This document shows, piece after piece, positions 1 through 10,614 of a DNA stretch of 64,000 nucleotides (position 1 is the first letter of the stretch; each line of letters begins with the position of its first letter). The notes under the pieces are model-generated. The model saw nothing but the letters and a program-made list of their open reading frames with translations, had not been told where the DNA came from and did no database searches. Origin of the DNA: an uncultured Actinomycetes bacterium (GTDB taxonomy: Bacteria > Actinomycetota > Acidimicrobiia > Spongiisociales > DATADW01); NCBI GenBank assembly GCA_963758695.1, contig CAVWWM010000006.1:77167-141166 (forward strand), given 5' to 3'. Both the position numbers and the translations under genes were made by a program.

Positions 1-1466
1 ATGCAGACCTCGTGGCCACCGCGGTCGCACTTCCAGACCGGGATACAGCTTCCCCAGTAGCGGTTACGGCTTATCGCCCAGTCGCGGGCGTCCTCGAGCC
101 AGTTGCCAAAGCGCCTGGCACCGACATGCTCGGGCACCCAGTGGATCCTGCTGTTGGCTTCGACCATCCGGTCGCGAAAGGCCTCGACGCGGACAAACCA
201 GGTGGGGATCGCCTTGTAGATCAGCGGGGTGCCGGTGCGGTAGCAGAAGGGGTAGCTATGGCGGATCTGGTCGCGCTTGTAGAGAAGCCCGGCAACCTTC
301 AACCGCTCGATCAACTCCTGATCGGCATCCTTGACCCGGGTCCCTGCGAGGGGAGGGACCGCCTCGGTAAAGCGGCCCTCGGCGTCCACCGGATCGACCA
401 GCACGTCGAGCCCGGCGGCCTGGAGTGCGGCGAAGTCGGCTTCGCCGTACGCCGGGGCCATGTGCACCAGACCGGTTCCTTCGCCGGTTGTGACCTCATC
501 GGCTGAGATCACCCTGAAGGCGCCTCTGTCGCGCTCCTCACCGAACCAGTCGAAGGGCGGCTCGTAACCAGTGCCCAACAGATCGGCGCCCCGGGCGTGC
601 TGGACGACACGCACCGACGGTCTCGGGCGCGGCCAGAGCCAGTCGAGCCTGCTCTCCGCAATCCAATATCTCTCACCATCCACGGCGACGCACACGTACG
701 GGATGTCCTCGCCGACGGCCACCGCCAGGTTCCCGGGCAGGGTCCATGGGGTCGTCGTCCAGATGAGCAGCCAGTCGCCCTCGGCCACTGGTCCCCTCGC
801 GTCCACCACTTTGAGCCGCACCGTGATCGCCGGGTCGTCTACCTGGCGGTAATCGAGGTTCGCCTCGAAATTGGAGAGCGGTGTCGCCGCACCCCAGGAA
901 TAAGGCAGCACTTTCACGTCCTGGTACACCAGCCCGCGGTCCCAGAGTTGACGGAAAACCCACCAGACGCTCTCCATGAACTCGGGGTCCATCGTCTTGT
1001 AGTCGTCCTCGAAGTCGACCCAACGGCCGAGTCTGCGGGTGAGTGATTCCCAGTTTTCGGTATTGGCCTGGACCACCCTCCGGCAGGCCGCGTTGAACCG
1101 CTCGATCCCGTAGGCGGCGATGTCCTTGGGACCCGAGAGATCGAGGGCGCGTTCCACCTCCATCTCCACCGGGAGGCCGTGGGTGTCCCACCCGAAGCGG
1201 CGGACCACCCGATGTCCCCGCATCGTCCAATAGCGGGGCACGATGTCTTTGATCACCCCAGCGAGCAGGTTGCCGTAGTGCGGGCTCCCTGTGGGGAATG
1301 GCGGACCGTCGTAGAAGCTGTACTCCGACTCGGGAGGACGCATCTCCACGGACTGGGCGAAGGCGTCAAGGCGATCCCATAGCTCCAGTACGCCCCGCTC
1401 GAGGGAGGGCAGGTCTACCTGGGCATCCCTTCTCCGGAATGGGCTGGCCGGGGTTGGTGGATTCAC
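1..1466 (-). CDS. ileS: Isoleucyl-tRNA synthetase, N-terminal ~490 aa (continues beyond window start)
   Basis: Minus-strand translation gives FYDGPPFPTGSPHYGNLLAG (HIGH-region motif), RFGNWLEDARDWAISRNRYWG and SWGAATPLSNFEANLDYRQV, all classic IleRS signatures. The frame stays open to the window edge. The ORF track shows only the shadow frame 673..1230. Start taken as a GTG at 1466. Confidence 0.85.
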   Translation of the reverse strand, partial: MNPPTPASPFRRRDAQVDLPSLERGVLELWDRLDAFAQSVEMRPPESEYSFYDGPPFPTGSPHYGNLLAGVIKDIVPRYWTMRGHRVVRRFGWDTHGLPVEMEVERALDLSGPKDIAAYGIERFNAACRRVVQANTENWESLTRRLGRWVDFEDDYKTMDPEFMESVWWVFRQLWDRGLVYQDVKVLPYSWGAATPLSNFEANLDYRQVDDPAITVRLKVVDARGPVAEGDWLLIWTTTPWTLPGNLAVAVGEDIPYVCVAVDGERYWIAESRLDWLWPRPRPSVRVVQHARGADLLGTGYEPPFDWFGEERDRGAFRVISADEVTTGEGTGLVHMAPAYGEADFAALQAAGLDVLVDPVDAEGRFTEAVPPLAGTRVKDADQELIERLKVAGLLYKRDQIRHSYPFCYRTGTPLIYKAIPTWFVRVEAFRDRMVEANSRIHWVPEHVGARRFGNWLEDARDWAISRNRYWGSCIPVWKCDRGGHEVC

Positions 1467-1576
1467 CGCCGGATCGTACCGCCAGCCCGCGATCCGGCCG
1501 GTCGAGTTGCACGGGGGGGACCCAGTTACAACTTTCGGGCGCTGCTAAATTGCCGCCCCCCACCACCTGTGTACCG

Positions 1577-1948
1577 ATGACACGCGAATTGGCACCGAAC
1601 ACGATCAAGCGCCTCCGTTCCGCCCTCGAGGAGGAGCGCGACCGGATCACCGCCCTGCTCGAGGAGCACGAGCAGGAGCGCGAGGAGGCGCGCTTGTCGG
1701 AGACCTCTGCAGAACGGAGCCCCGAGCCCGCCAGCGCCGAGGCCGGTTCGATGGCCTTCGAGTTCGAGAAGGAACTCTCCATCGATCAGAATGCCAGCGA
1801 CCTACTTCGCAAGGTTGAGCACGCCCTGCGCAGGCTGGCCGATAAAACCTACGGAACATGTGAGGTATGCGGGCAACCGATCCCGGTGGCGAGGCTGGAG
1901 GCTCTTCCCTACGCCACCCTGTGCGTGAAGGACGCTTCCCGGGCCTGA
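1577..1948 (+). CDS. DksA/TraR-family C4 zinc-finger protein
   Basis: The C-terminal CEVCGQPIPVARLEALPYATLC fits the DksA/TraR C4 zinc finger and the acidic coiled-coil N-terminus fits too. I set the start at ATG 1577 (MTRELAPNT); the track ORF 1298..1948 has a low-complexity leader before that. A dksA-like gene upstream of lspA is common in actinobacteria. Confidence 0.7.
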   Translation: MTRELAPNTIKRLRSALEEERDRITALLEEHEQEREEARLSETSAERSPEPASAEAGSMAFEFEKELSIDQNASDLLRKVEHALRRLADKTYGTCEVCGQPIPVARLEALPYATLCVKDASRA

Positions 1949-2400
1949 AGCGCAACCTCCCCGTTGGGGTGGCTATAGCGCTAGTGGTGGTCATCCTCGA
2001 CCAATGGTCGAAGGTGTGGGCGGAGCGAACCTTGATGACAGGTGACATCGTCATCATCCCCGGGTTGTTCGGGCTCCATCTCGAGCAGAACCCCGGTGCT
2101 GCATTCAGCATCTTCCAGAACGCCGGCCCGTTCCTGGGCTCGGCGGCGATCCTGGCGACCGGAGTTCTGGCGGTGATGCTGGCGAAGAACACGGGTTGGG
2201 CGGAAACTGTCGGGTTCGGCCTCATCATGGGGGGCGCCGTCGGCAACCTGGTCGACCGTATCGTCCGCGGCGATGGCTTCCTCGACGGCAGGGTCATCGA
2301 CTGGCTGCAACTCCGCAACTTCCCGACCTTCAACATCGCCGACGCTTCGATCACTTTCGGCGTTGCGGTGCTCCTCATCGCATCGCTGCGAAAGCGGTGA
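1918..2400 (+). CDS. lspA: Lipoprotein signal peptidase II
   Basis: DQWSK, FNIAD and four TM segments match LspA. Start is ambiguous: ATG 1867 or GTG 1918/1966. Confidence 0.85.
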   Translation, partial: PVREGRFPGLKRNLPVGVAIALVVVILDQWSKVWAERTLMTGDIVIIPGLFGLHLEQNPGAAFSIFQNAGPFLGSAAILATGVLAVMLAKNTGWAETVGFGLIMGGAVGNLVDRIVRGDGFLDGRVIDWLQLRNFPTFNIADASITFGVAVLLIASLRKR

Positions 2401-3310
2401 CCATCGAGGTCCCCACCAACCTCGACGGAGAGAGGGCCGACAAGGTGGTGGCCGTGCTCGCCGGGGTGAGCCGGTCGGTGGCCCGCCAGTTGGTCGAGGA
2501 GGGTGGAGCGCCGGATCGGTGAGAGACGACTGTCACCGGGGGACCGCATGAAGGCTGGAGTCTCCATCGAGATCGACGACATCCTGCCGCCGCCTGCGAT
2601 GGAGCCCGAGGAGGTTCCGTTCGATGTGATCCATGCCGACCCCCACCTTCTCGTGGTCGACAAGCCGCCCGGCGTGGTGGTGCACCCCGGTGCCGGCCGG
2701 CGGCGGGGAACACTTGCCGCCGGGCTGCTCGCGGCACATCCCGAACTGGCCACGGTCGGCGAACCGGGACGCGTCTGGGCTGGTGCACCGCCTCGACGCT
2801 GACACCTCCGGTGTGCTGATCGTCGCTAGAACCTCCGATGCCCACCGGGCGCTGACTGCTGCGTTGCGGCGACGGGAGATCCGGCGGACCTATCTCGCCT
2901 TGGTGAGGGGAGTGCCCAGCGCAACCTCGGGGACGGTCGATGCCCCATTGGAACGCGACCCCCGCCACCCAACCCGCAGGGCGGTCGGTGCCGCGGGGAA
3001 ACCGGCCAGAACCCACTACCGGGTATCGGCATCGTGGGCTGATGAAGCCTTGCTGGAGGTCGACCTGGAGACTGGACGCACCCACCAGATCAGGGTCCAC
3101 CTGGCTGCCATCGGTCTTCCGGTGGTGGGCGACCGCACCTACGGGGTCCCGCTGGCCGACGGAAGGATGTTCCTCCACGCCTGGAAGATCTCGCTTGCCC
3201 ATCCCGTCACCGGCGAGCACCTCGAATTGACCGCACCGCTCCCTGAGGACCTACGTCGTCGACTCGAGGACATGGGCCCGCCGACCCGCGGCGCGGTGCC
3301 CGCCGGCTGA
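2397..3310 (+). CDS. rluD: RluA-family pseudouridine synthase (RluD-like), reading frame broken by two frameshifts
   Basis: The S4 domain (RADKVVAVLAGVSRSVARQLVEEGG) is in frame 0. DVIHADPHLLVVDKPPGVVVHP is in frame +1. HRLDADTSGVLIVA...RRTYLALVRG...GRTHQIRVH is in frame +2. GTG 2397 overlaps the lspA stop (GTGA). Frame changes occur near 2510 and near 2775. Confidence 0.8.
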
Positions 3311-3344
3311 TCACCTACGACGCCGCTGCCAAGCAGCGGCGTCT

Positions 3345-4373
3345 TCACCCGAAGAAGGTCGTGGCGACGTTGTAGATGGCGGGGTCGATGCCCCGAATGG
3401 CGGAGGTGGCTTCGCTGAGCGGGATTGGCTCGATCTTGTTGCCGCGCAGCGCGACCATCATCCCTGAGGCGCCTTGGACCGCGAGGTCGGCAGCAGCGGC
3501 GCCAAACCGTGTCCCGAGGACCCGATCGAAGGCGGTTGGCGTGCCGCCGCGCTGGAGGTGGCCGAGGACAGTGACCCTTGCCTCGAACCCGGTCTTCTCC
3601 TCCAAGATGGGGGCGATCAGGTAGGCAACCCCGCCGAGACGGGCGAAGCCGAAGGCGTCCACAGGCTGCGGGGCGGCCCCCGTCCCCTCGGGGGCGGGAT
3701 CCCCTCGGCGGCGACGACGATCGAGTAGTTCTTCCCACGGTCCCTCCGGGTGAGGATCACGTCGGCGACCGCGTCCAGGTCGTATGGGATCTCGGGGATG
3801 AGCATCGCGTCGGCCCCCCCGGCCATCCCGGCGTAGGTGGCGATCCATCCCTGGGTGCGGCCCATCACTTCGACCAGCATGACGCGGTTGTGCGCCTCGG
3901 CGGTGGTGGCGATACGGTCGATCGCCTCGGTGGCCGATCTGGACGGCGGTGTCGAACCCGAAGGTGATGTCGGTTCCGGCGATGTCGTTGTCGATCGTCT
4001 TGGGGACGGCGACCACGGGGAGGCCCTCATCGGCGAGCCGCTGGGCCGACCGCAGCGTGCCGTCGCCGCCCACCACCACCAGGGAATCGATCTCGTGCGC
4101 TGCGGATGCAGTCGGCAACGCTCTTGAGCCCTCTCCATGGACGTACGGGTCGCGCCTCGACGTGCCGAGGATGGTGCCGCCACGCTGCAGGATCCCGCGG
4201 ACGGAGTCGCGGTCGAGCGGGCGGACCCGGCCCTCCATCAAACCGTCCCAGCCGTTGAGGATGCCCACCACCGGCCGCCCGTGGTCTTCGACGACACGGA
4301 CGGTCACCGCCCTGATCACCGCGTTGAGACCGGGGCAGTCGCCGCCTGCGGTGAGGACGCCGATCGACCCCAT
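3345..4373 (-). CDS. pfkA: 6-phosphofructokinase (canonical 343-codon PfkA), internal +1/-1 frameshift pair
   Basis: [36 protein letters not shown], the C-terminal [21 protein letters not shown] and the closing FFG are present. The middle segment ([26 protein letters not shown]) lies in another frame, so there are two compensating indels. One is an extra G in atcgGcc near 3930. Total length is 1029 nt = 343 codons. Confidence 0.85.
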   Translation of the reverse strand: MGSIGVLTAGGDCPGLNAVIRAVTVRVVEDHGRPVVGILNGWDGLMEGRVRPLDRDSVRGILQRGGTILGTSRRDPYVHGEGSRALPTASAAHEIDSLVVVGGDGTLRSAQRLADEGLPVVAVPKTIDNDIAGTDITFGFDTAVQIGHRGDRPYRHHRRGAQPRHAGRSDGPHPGMDRHLRRDGRGGRRDAHPRDPIRPGRGRRRDPHPEGPWEELLDRRRRRGDPAPEGTGAAPQPVDAFGFARLGGVAYLIAPILEEKTGFEARVTVLGHLQRGGTPTAFDRVLGTRFGAAAADLAVQGASGMMVALRGNKIEPIPLSEATSAIRGIDPAIYNVATTFFG

Positions 4374-5531
4374 CAGTAGAGGAACATGGGCTTGCCGCCG
4401 ACGTGGCGCACCTTGGGTCGGTAGGAGGCGGAGTCGTACAACTCGTCGACATCCACCCGCTTGACACCCTCCCTGGTCACCGAGATGGGCACATTGGTGT
4501 ACGTGCCGCTGCGCAGCGCCACCATCCGCCCCGACGACCCCTCGCCGGCCAGGTCCGCTGCCATCACCGCGTAGTTGGTGGCCACCATGAGGTCGAGCGA
4601 GTCGGGAGAGCCCGAGCGCATCAGGTAGGCCACCTGCTGGTAGACGATCCCCTCGCCGGTGCGCTCCTCGAGGAGCCCGGAGAGCACCAACCCCACCCCT
4701 CCAAGCTTCTGGTGGCCATAGGCGTCTGCCGCACCCCCCTGGACCATGTCGCCGCCGACGAGGCGTGAACCCTCGGAGACGGTGACCATGGCGTAGCGGG
4801 AGGCGTTTCGTCGCCGGTCGTCCACCAGCAACTCCGCCAGCCGGTCGACATCCACCGGGACCTCGGAGATGACGCACCGATCCACCCCGGCGAGATACGC
4901 CGTGATCAGCGAGGTCTCGCCGCTGTACCGCCCGAAAAGCTCGACCACCGCGATCCGCTCGTGCGACCCGGTGGAGGTGCGCAGGGCATGGACGAACTCG
5001 ACGCTCGCGGGTGACGGCGGTGGAGAAGCCGATGCAGTAGTCGGTCCCGTGGACGTCGTTGTCCATGGTCTTGGGGATGGCCACCACCCGCATCCCCTCG
5101 TCGTGCATCCTCAAGGCGTAGGAAAGGGTGTCGTCCCCGCCGATCGGGACCAGGACGTCGATCTTCTGTTGCTCGAGTACCTCGAGGACGAATGGTGTCA
5201 GGTCGGCGGTCCCGTTGTCAGTGCTGGGCCGAAACCGGGAGCGGAGCCGCTCGGGGATGTCCTCTGGGGCGATCTTTGCCGGGTTGGTGCGCGAGGTATG
5301 GAGCGTGGTCCCGCCAAAGCGGTCGATGGTGCGCACCGAGCTGGGTGTGAGCGGCACGAAGCTGGCATCCATCCCGTCGGCGTCGTCGATGTTGGCCTCG
5401 ACGAGACCACCCCAGCCCCGGCGTATCCCGACGACCTCGTGTCCGGCTTCGGTTGCCCTTCCCACCACTGCCTTGATGCAGGCGTTGAGCCCGGGGACGT
5501 CGCCCCCGCCGGTGAGGATCCCGATTCGCAT
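4373..5531 (-). CDS. Second, divergent phosphofructokinase paralog (~385 aa), one frameshift
   Basis: [34 protein letters not shown] and the C-terminal half ([15 protein letters not shown]...) match the PFK fold. The N- and C-terminal halves sit in different frames, with the junction near 4970. Its stop TGA overlaps the ATG of the downstream pfkA (TGATG). Confidence 0.75.
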
Positions 5532-5764
5532 GTGTCGCTCCGTGATAAGGGGGATCGGAGGCGTAGATCGGCAGCTTCGCTGCCGGGTCATGGGTTATGG
5601 GTTCTGGGTTATGGGTTATGGGTTGCTCCCAGAGGTAGGACGCTATCCATGAATGTTGGCTGACGGCGGCCGTCTGCCGGCTTTGCCGCTCCGCTCTGCC
5701 GTCCGCCGTCTGCCGCCTACCACCTACCGCCTACCACCCGGCACCCATTACCGTCTTCCGGACC

Positions 5765-6670
5765 GTGACCACCGAGCCCGTCTCGCAGGCGACGCCCGTC
5801 TGCTACCGACACCCCAACCGGCTCACCCGGCTCTCCTGCGCCAACTGCGGCAAGCCGATCTGCGTGGAGTGCAGCGTCGACTCCGCGGTGGGCCAGAAGT
5901 GCCCCGAGTGCGCCCAGCCCGGAGGGCCGCTACCGGGTGGTCGAGGCCGAGACGAAGCTGGGCGCAGACCCACGACCCGGTCCGCCCCCGTCACCTTCAT
6001 CTTCATCGGGATCTCGGTGGTCGTTTTCCTGGTCGGTCTGCTGCTTCCCGGCGCTGACGAGAACCCTGTTCGTCGCGTTCGCCCAGGTCAACGTGCTCGT
6101 TGCGCAGGGGGAGTGGTGGCGGTTGGTCACCGCCGCCTTCCTCCACGCCCGGAGCTTCTATCACATCCTGTTCAACATGTGGGCGCTATACGTCTTCGGC
6201 CCGCAACTGGAGCAGCAGGTGGGGAGCCCCGCCTTCGCCGCGCTCTACCTCAGCTCGGCGGCTGCCGGCGGCGCCGCCGCCTATTTCCTGGGTGGCCCCG
6301 TCGACGTACTGGTGGGAGCATCGGGCGCAATCTTCGGGCTGTTCGGGGTCTGGCTGTGGAACGCCTTCCGAGCTCGCGGCCACTCCGGTGGGGCGGGCCC
6401 AGCTCACGCAGCTGCTGGTGTTGCTCGGGATCAACGCGGTACTCGGCTTCACCTTGCCAGGGCATCTCCTGGCAGGGCCACCTGGGCGGGCTCCTGGCTG
6501 GGATCCTGATCGGGTGTCTCTGGTCGTTGCCGAGTGGTGGACCAGGGACGCCGAGCAAGGCGGGTCGGCGTTGCCGCCGCCGTGGGGGTCGTCGCGGTGC
6601 TCCTGGTCATCCTCTCGGGCTGACTCCAGCCGGTTTCGCGCTCTCGCCCCCGGACAGCTTTCCGGGCTAA
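5765..6670 (+). CDS. Rhomboid-family intramembrane serine protease with N-terminal zinc ribbon; at least three frame changes
   Basis: The N-terminal CxxC...CxxC (CANCGKPICVEC...CPEC) is followed by EWWRLVTAAFLHA, HILFNMWALYVFG and GASGAIFGLFG (catalytic Ser), then the C-terminal GHLGGLLAGILIG (catalytic His). These are spread over three frames (ORFs 5765, 5937, 6100). Confidence 0.75.
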   Translation: MTTEPVSQATPVCYRHPNRLTRLSCANCGKPICVECSVDSAVGQKCPECAQPGGPLPGGRGRDEAGRRPTTRSAPVTFIFIGISVVVFLVGLLLPGADENPVRRVRPGQRARCAGGVVAVGHRRLPPRPELLSHPVQHVGAIRLRPATGAAGGEPRLRRALPQLGGCRRRRRLFPGWPRRRTGGSIGRNLRAVRGLAVERLPSSRPLRWGGPSSRSCWCCSGSTRYSASPCQGISWQGHLGGLLAGILIGCLWSLPSGGPGTPSKAGRRCRRRGGRRGAPGHPLGLTPAGFALSPPDSFPG

Positions 6671-6711
6671 GGTGCAAATCCCAAGCGTGTAGTTCAGAGC
6701 GGGGCTGATCG

Positions 6712-9700
6712 GTGGTGGCGGCGAGCGACTCCTTCGTCCATTTACATCTCCACACCGAGTTCTCCATGCTCGACGGGGCGGCCCGGGTCGGCGAGGTGGT
6801 CGCCGCCGCTGCCGCCGACCGCCAGCCGGCGGTCGCCATCACCGATCACGGCGTGATGTACGGAGTCGTCGACTTCGTCAAGGCTGCCCGGGAAGAGGGC
6901 ATCAAGCCGTTGATCGGGATCGAGGCGTATGTCACCCCGGGCTCCCGGTTCGATCGACCGGTACGCAGCCAGAACATCCGGTACCACATGACGCTGCTGG
7001 CGGCGAGCGAGGTCGGTTATCGCAACCTGATGAAGCTGGCCAGCCGCGCCTACCTCGAGGGGTACTACTACAAGCCCCGGATGGATTCCGAGCTGCTGGC
7101 CGAGCACTCGGAGGGGATCATCGCCACCTCAGGCTGCCTGGGCGGCCCGGTGGCGCAGCACCTCGCCCCCGATGCGTCGCGGGAGGAAGGCATAGCCGAG
7201 GCGGTGCGCGATGTCGATGCCGCGGTGGCGGCGGCCGCCCACTACCAGGACATCTTCGGAAAAGACAACTTCTTCATCGAGATCCAGGACCACGGGTTGG
7301 AACCGCAGCGCCGCATCCTCCCCGACCTCGTGGACATCTCCCGGCGTATCGGGGCACCGCTTCTCGCCGCCAACGACGCCCATTACACCAGGCGGGACGA
7401 GGCCGAGACCCACGACGTCCTGCTCTGCATCCAGACCGGTGCCACCCGCGACGAGCCCAACCGGTTCCGCTTCGACGCCAAGGAGTTCTATCTCAAGTCG
7501 GCTGCGGAGATGAGGCGGCTGTTCCCCTCCGATCAGTACCCCGGTGCATGCGACAACACGCTGCTGGTGGCGGAGCGGGCAACGGTTGACCTCGAGTTCG
7601 GCAGGATCCTGCTGCCCCAGTTCTCCGTTCCTCCCGGTCATACCGAGGCGACCTACCTACGCCAGCTGGTGATGAGCGGTGCGGCGCAGCGCTACGGCGA
7701 CCCGCTGCCAGATGAGGTCACCACGAGAATCGAACACGAGCTCTCCATGATCGAGAGCATGGGTTTCCCCGCCTACTTCCTGATCGTGTGGGACCTGATC
7801 AGCCACGCCCGGGAGCGCAAGATCAGGATCGGGCCCGGCCGGGGGAGCTCCGCTGCATCGATCGTGGCCTACTGCCTGAGGATCACCGACCTCGACCCGC
7901 TCCGCTACGGGCTCGTCTTCGAGCGCTTCCTCAACCCGGGGCGGCGCCAGCTTCCCGACATCGACATGGACTTCGACGAGCGCTACAGAGCCGATGTCAT
8001 CCGCTATGCCGCCGAGAAGTACGGATCGGACCACGTCGCCCAGATCGTGACCTTCTCCACCATCAAGGGGAAGCAGGCTCTGCGCGACGCAGCTCGGGTT
8101 CTCGGCTACCCATACGGTGTGGGTGACAGGGCAGCCAAGCTCATGCCCCCTCCGATCCTCGGGCGGGACGCGGCATTGGGCATGTGCCTCGATCCCCTTC
8201 CCGAGAACCCCGACGGGAACACGAAGGACTGGCACGCCAACGCCGCCGGTTTGCGCGAGGCGTACGCCACCGATCCCGACATCCGGAGCGTGGCCGACGT
8301 GGCGCGCAATCTCGAGGGTCTGCGGCGCCAGGACTCGATCCATGCCGCCGCCGTCGTCATCTCACCGGTCCCGCTGACCCAGCACATCCCCATCCAGCAG
8401 AAGGGGGAAGGCGCCGAGGTGGTGACCCAGTACGAGATGCACGCCATCGAGGACCTCGGGCTGCTCAAGATGGACTTCCTGGGGTTGAGGAACCTCTCCA
8501 TCATCGAGAGGACACTCGAGCTGATCGAGCAGGGTCCGCCGAGTCTGGGTCCGCCGAGTCTGGGTCCGCCGAGTCAGGGTCCGCCGAGTCGGGCAGCCCG
8601 ACAGCCGGCGACCCGATGGTCGACATCGACAACGTGCCGCTGGACGATGAGACCACCTTCGAGCTGCTCCGTTCCGCGCAGACGATCGGCGTCTTCCAAC
8701 TCGAAGGCTCGGCGATGCGCGGGTTGATCCGAAACCTCTCACCCGACCGGTTCGAGGACGTCATCGCCCTGGTGGCGCTCTACCGACCAGGCCCGATGAG
8801 GGCCGGGATGCACACGCTCTACGCCGACCGCAAGAACGGCCGGGCGGCCGTCGAGGTCCTTCACCCCGACATGGCTCCGATCCTGGAGCGCAGCTACGGG
8901 ATCATGGTGTACCAGGAGCAGGTGCTTCAGGTGGCCGAGATCATGGCGGGCTACTCGATGGCAGAGGCGGAGAACCTGCGCCGCGCCATGGGCAAGAAGA
9001 TCCCTGCGGTGATGCGCGCCGAGGAGGAGAAGTTCGTCGCCGGCTGCACGGCGAGAGGTCACAGCGAGGCGCTGGGAAGACAGCTGTTCGCGCTGATCGA
9101 GCACTTCGCCGGTTACGGGTTCAACCTGGCCCATGCCGCCTGTTACGGGCTCATCGCATACCAGACGGCGTGGCTCAAGGCGCACTACCCCGCCGAGTAC
9201 ATGGCGGCGATGCTCACCGCCACCAAGAGGGACAAGGACCGGACGGCGGTGTACCTCAACGAGTGCCGCGCCATGGGTGTGCAGGTCCTCACCCCCGACG
9301 TCAACACGTCGCAGATGGACTTCTCGGTGTACGAGGGGGATATCCGGTTCGGCCTGTCTGCGGTCCGCAACGTCGGCGAAGGGGTGGTCGAGCGGATCGT
9401 CGAAGAACGCACCTCCGGCGAGCCGTTCGCCCACTTCCAGGACTTCATCGACCGGGTGGACCCGATGGTCCTCAACAAGCGCACCATCGAATCGCTGATC
9501 AAGGCGGGCGCCTTCGACGGGATGGGCCATTCGAGACGGTCGTTGATCCTCGTGTACGAGCAGTGGCTCGAAGCGACGTTGGTCCGCCGCCGCAACGAGG
9601 AGATGGGCCAGTACAGCCTTTTCGGCGGCGACGCTCCGGAGGTGGGGGAGGTGGTGTTGGCGCTGCCCGAGGGCGAGTGGGACCAGAAGGTGAAGCTTGC

Positions 9701-10298
9701 CTTCGAAAGGGAGATGCTCGGTCTGTACGTCTCCGACCATCCCCTCCTCGGCGTGGCGACCTCGCTCCGTCGTGTATCAAGTTCGGGCGTGCCCGAGTTG
9801 TGGGAGCAGCCCGACGGGGCCCCTGTCACCATCGGGGGGATGGTCGGCGCCATCAACCGACGGTTCACCCGCAATGGCGAAGCGATGCTGTTCTTCCAGT
9901 GTGAGGACCTGGAGGGTTCGGTCGAGGTGGTTGCCTTCCCCAAGGTCGCCGCCGAGGCACTCGGGGTCATCCGCGAGGGTGCCATCGTCGTGGTCAGCGG
10001 TCGTCTCGACCACCGAGGCGATGACATCAAGGTCGTGGCCCGGGAGATCAAGGAACTGGAGGTCCGGGGCGCCGACGAGGTCCGTCTGGAGATCCCAGCA
10101 GCGGCCCTCTCACCAGGGGCAGTTGGCCGGCTCAAAGAGATCCTGGGCAACCACCCAGGAGCCTCTCCTGTGTTCCTCCACATGGTGGGAAACGGCAACC
10201 ACAAGGTCCTCAAGCTGGGTGACGAGCACCGCGTCGAGCCCCGCAGCGCCCTCTACGCCGAACTCCGCGAGCTATTCGGCTCCGGAGCCATCGTCTAG
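6712..10298 (+). CDS. dnaE: DNA polymerase III alpha subunit DnaE1; frame broken once inside an internal 15-nt tandem repeat
   Basis: The PHP domain (HLHLHTEFSMLDGA) through LGLRNLSIIERTLELIEQ is in the 6712 frame. DPMVDIDNVPLDDETTFELL through the C-terminus is in the 8184 frame. The two anchors are 77 nt apart (8533-8609), which is not a multiple of 3. Confidence 0.9.
8533..8592 (+). repeat. 4 x 15-nt tandem repeat (GGTCCGCCGAGTCTG) inside dnaE, encoding GPPSL / SAESG-type repeats depending on frame
   Basis: Direct read: ggtccgccgagtctg ggtccgccgagtctg ggtccgccgagtcag ggtccgccgagtcgg. It sits between the conserved LIEQ and DPMVDID anchors of DnaE. Confidence 0.9.
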
Positions 10299-10305
10299 AG
10301 ACACG

Positions 10306-10336
10306 GACGGCAGACGGCAAAGACGGCAGACGGCAG
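10306..10336 (+). repeat. Heptamer tandem array (GACGGCA)2-A-(GACGGCA)2 just downstream of dnaE
   Basis: gacggcagacggcaaagacggcagacggcag. Same family as the arrays at 13453, 28517 and 43346. Confidence 0.85.
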
Positions 10337-10365
10337 CCAATCCGACTCCGTCCCCCCGAAGGGGA

Positions 10366-10614
10366 GGGGGCTGCCGAACTCCCAACGGTGCTCGAGGAGC
10401 GGCTTTCGCACCTTTGGGAGTGAGCCTTTCCCCCTCCCCCGACGCCTCCGGCGTCGGGTACTCCCCCCGCCGGGGGAGAGAATGTTTGCTCCGTCCCCCG
10501 CAGGGGGAAGGGCCCCGCTGCGGAGCAGCGGGTAGGGGGGCTGGCGAACTCCCAACGGTGCGGAACCACCCCCTCCGCTCGCTCGCCCGCGCCTCCCCCC
10601 GTCGGGGAGAGAAT
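10366..10614. repeat. Convergent intergenic region with duplicated ~26-nt and ~23-nt blocks and multiple perfect GC hairpins
   Basis: Block A (GGGGGCTGSCGAACTCCCAACGGTGC) occurs at 10366-10391 and 10535-10561. Block B (CTCCCCCCGYCGGGGGAGAGAAT) occurs at 10461-10483 and 10592-10614. Hairpins: cccgacgcc-tcc-ggcgtcggg, ccccc-gca-ggggg, ccgctgc-gga-gcagcgg. Confidence 0.8.

Noticed and set aside
673-1230. 185-aa minus-strand ORF, and other long Gly/Arg/Pro-rich ORFs (for example 18755..19786, 13285..14208, 8739..9740)
   Set aside because: These are shadow frames of real genes on the same or opposite strand. Their composition is low-complexity and typical of GC-rich off-frames.
1467-1576. T-box riboswitch upstream of ileS
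   Set aside because: The divergent intergenic region is only ~110 nt and contains no AGGGTGGNACCGCG T-box core.
3345-5591. 748-aa ORF suggesting one giant multidomain PFK
   Set aside because: It is read-through across two separate pfk genes plus frame-garbage (high GC keeps wrong frames open). Motif order shows two complete PFKs with a TGATG junction at 4373.
5591-5625. Possible CRISPR array / telomere-like repeat
   Set aside because: Units are 7-8 nt with no spacers. No cas genes are present. The arrays are simple tandem microsatellites.
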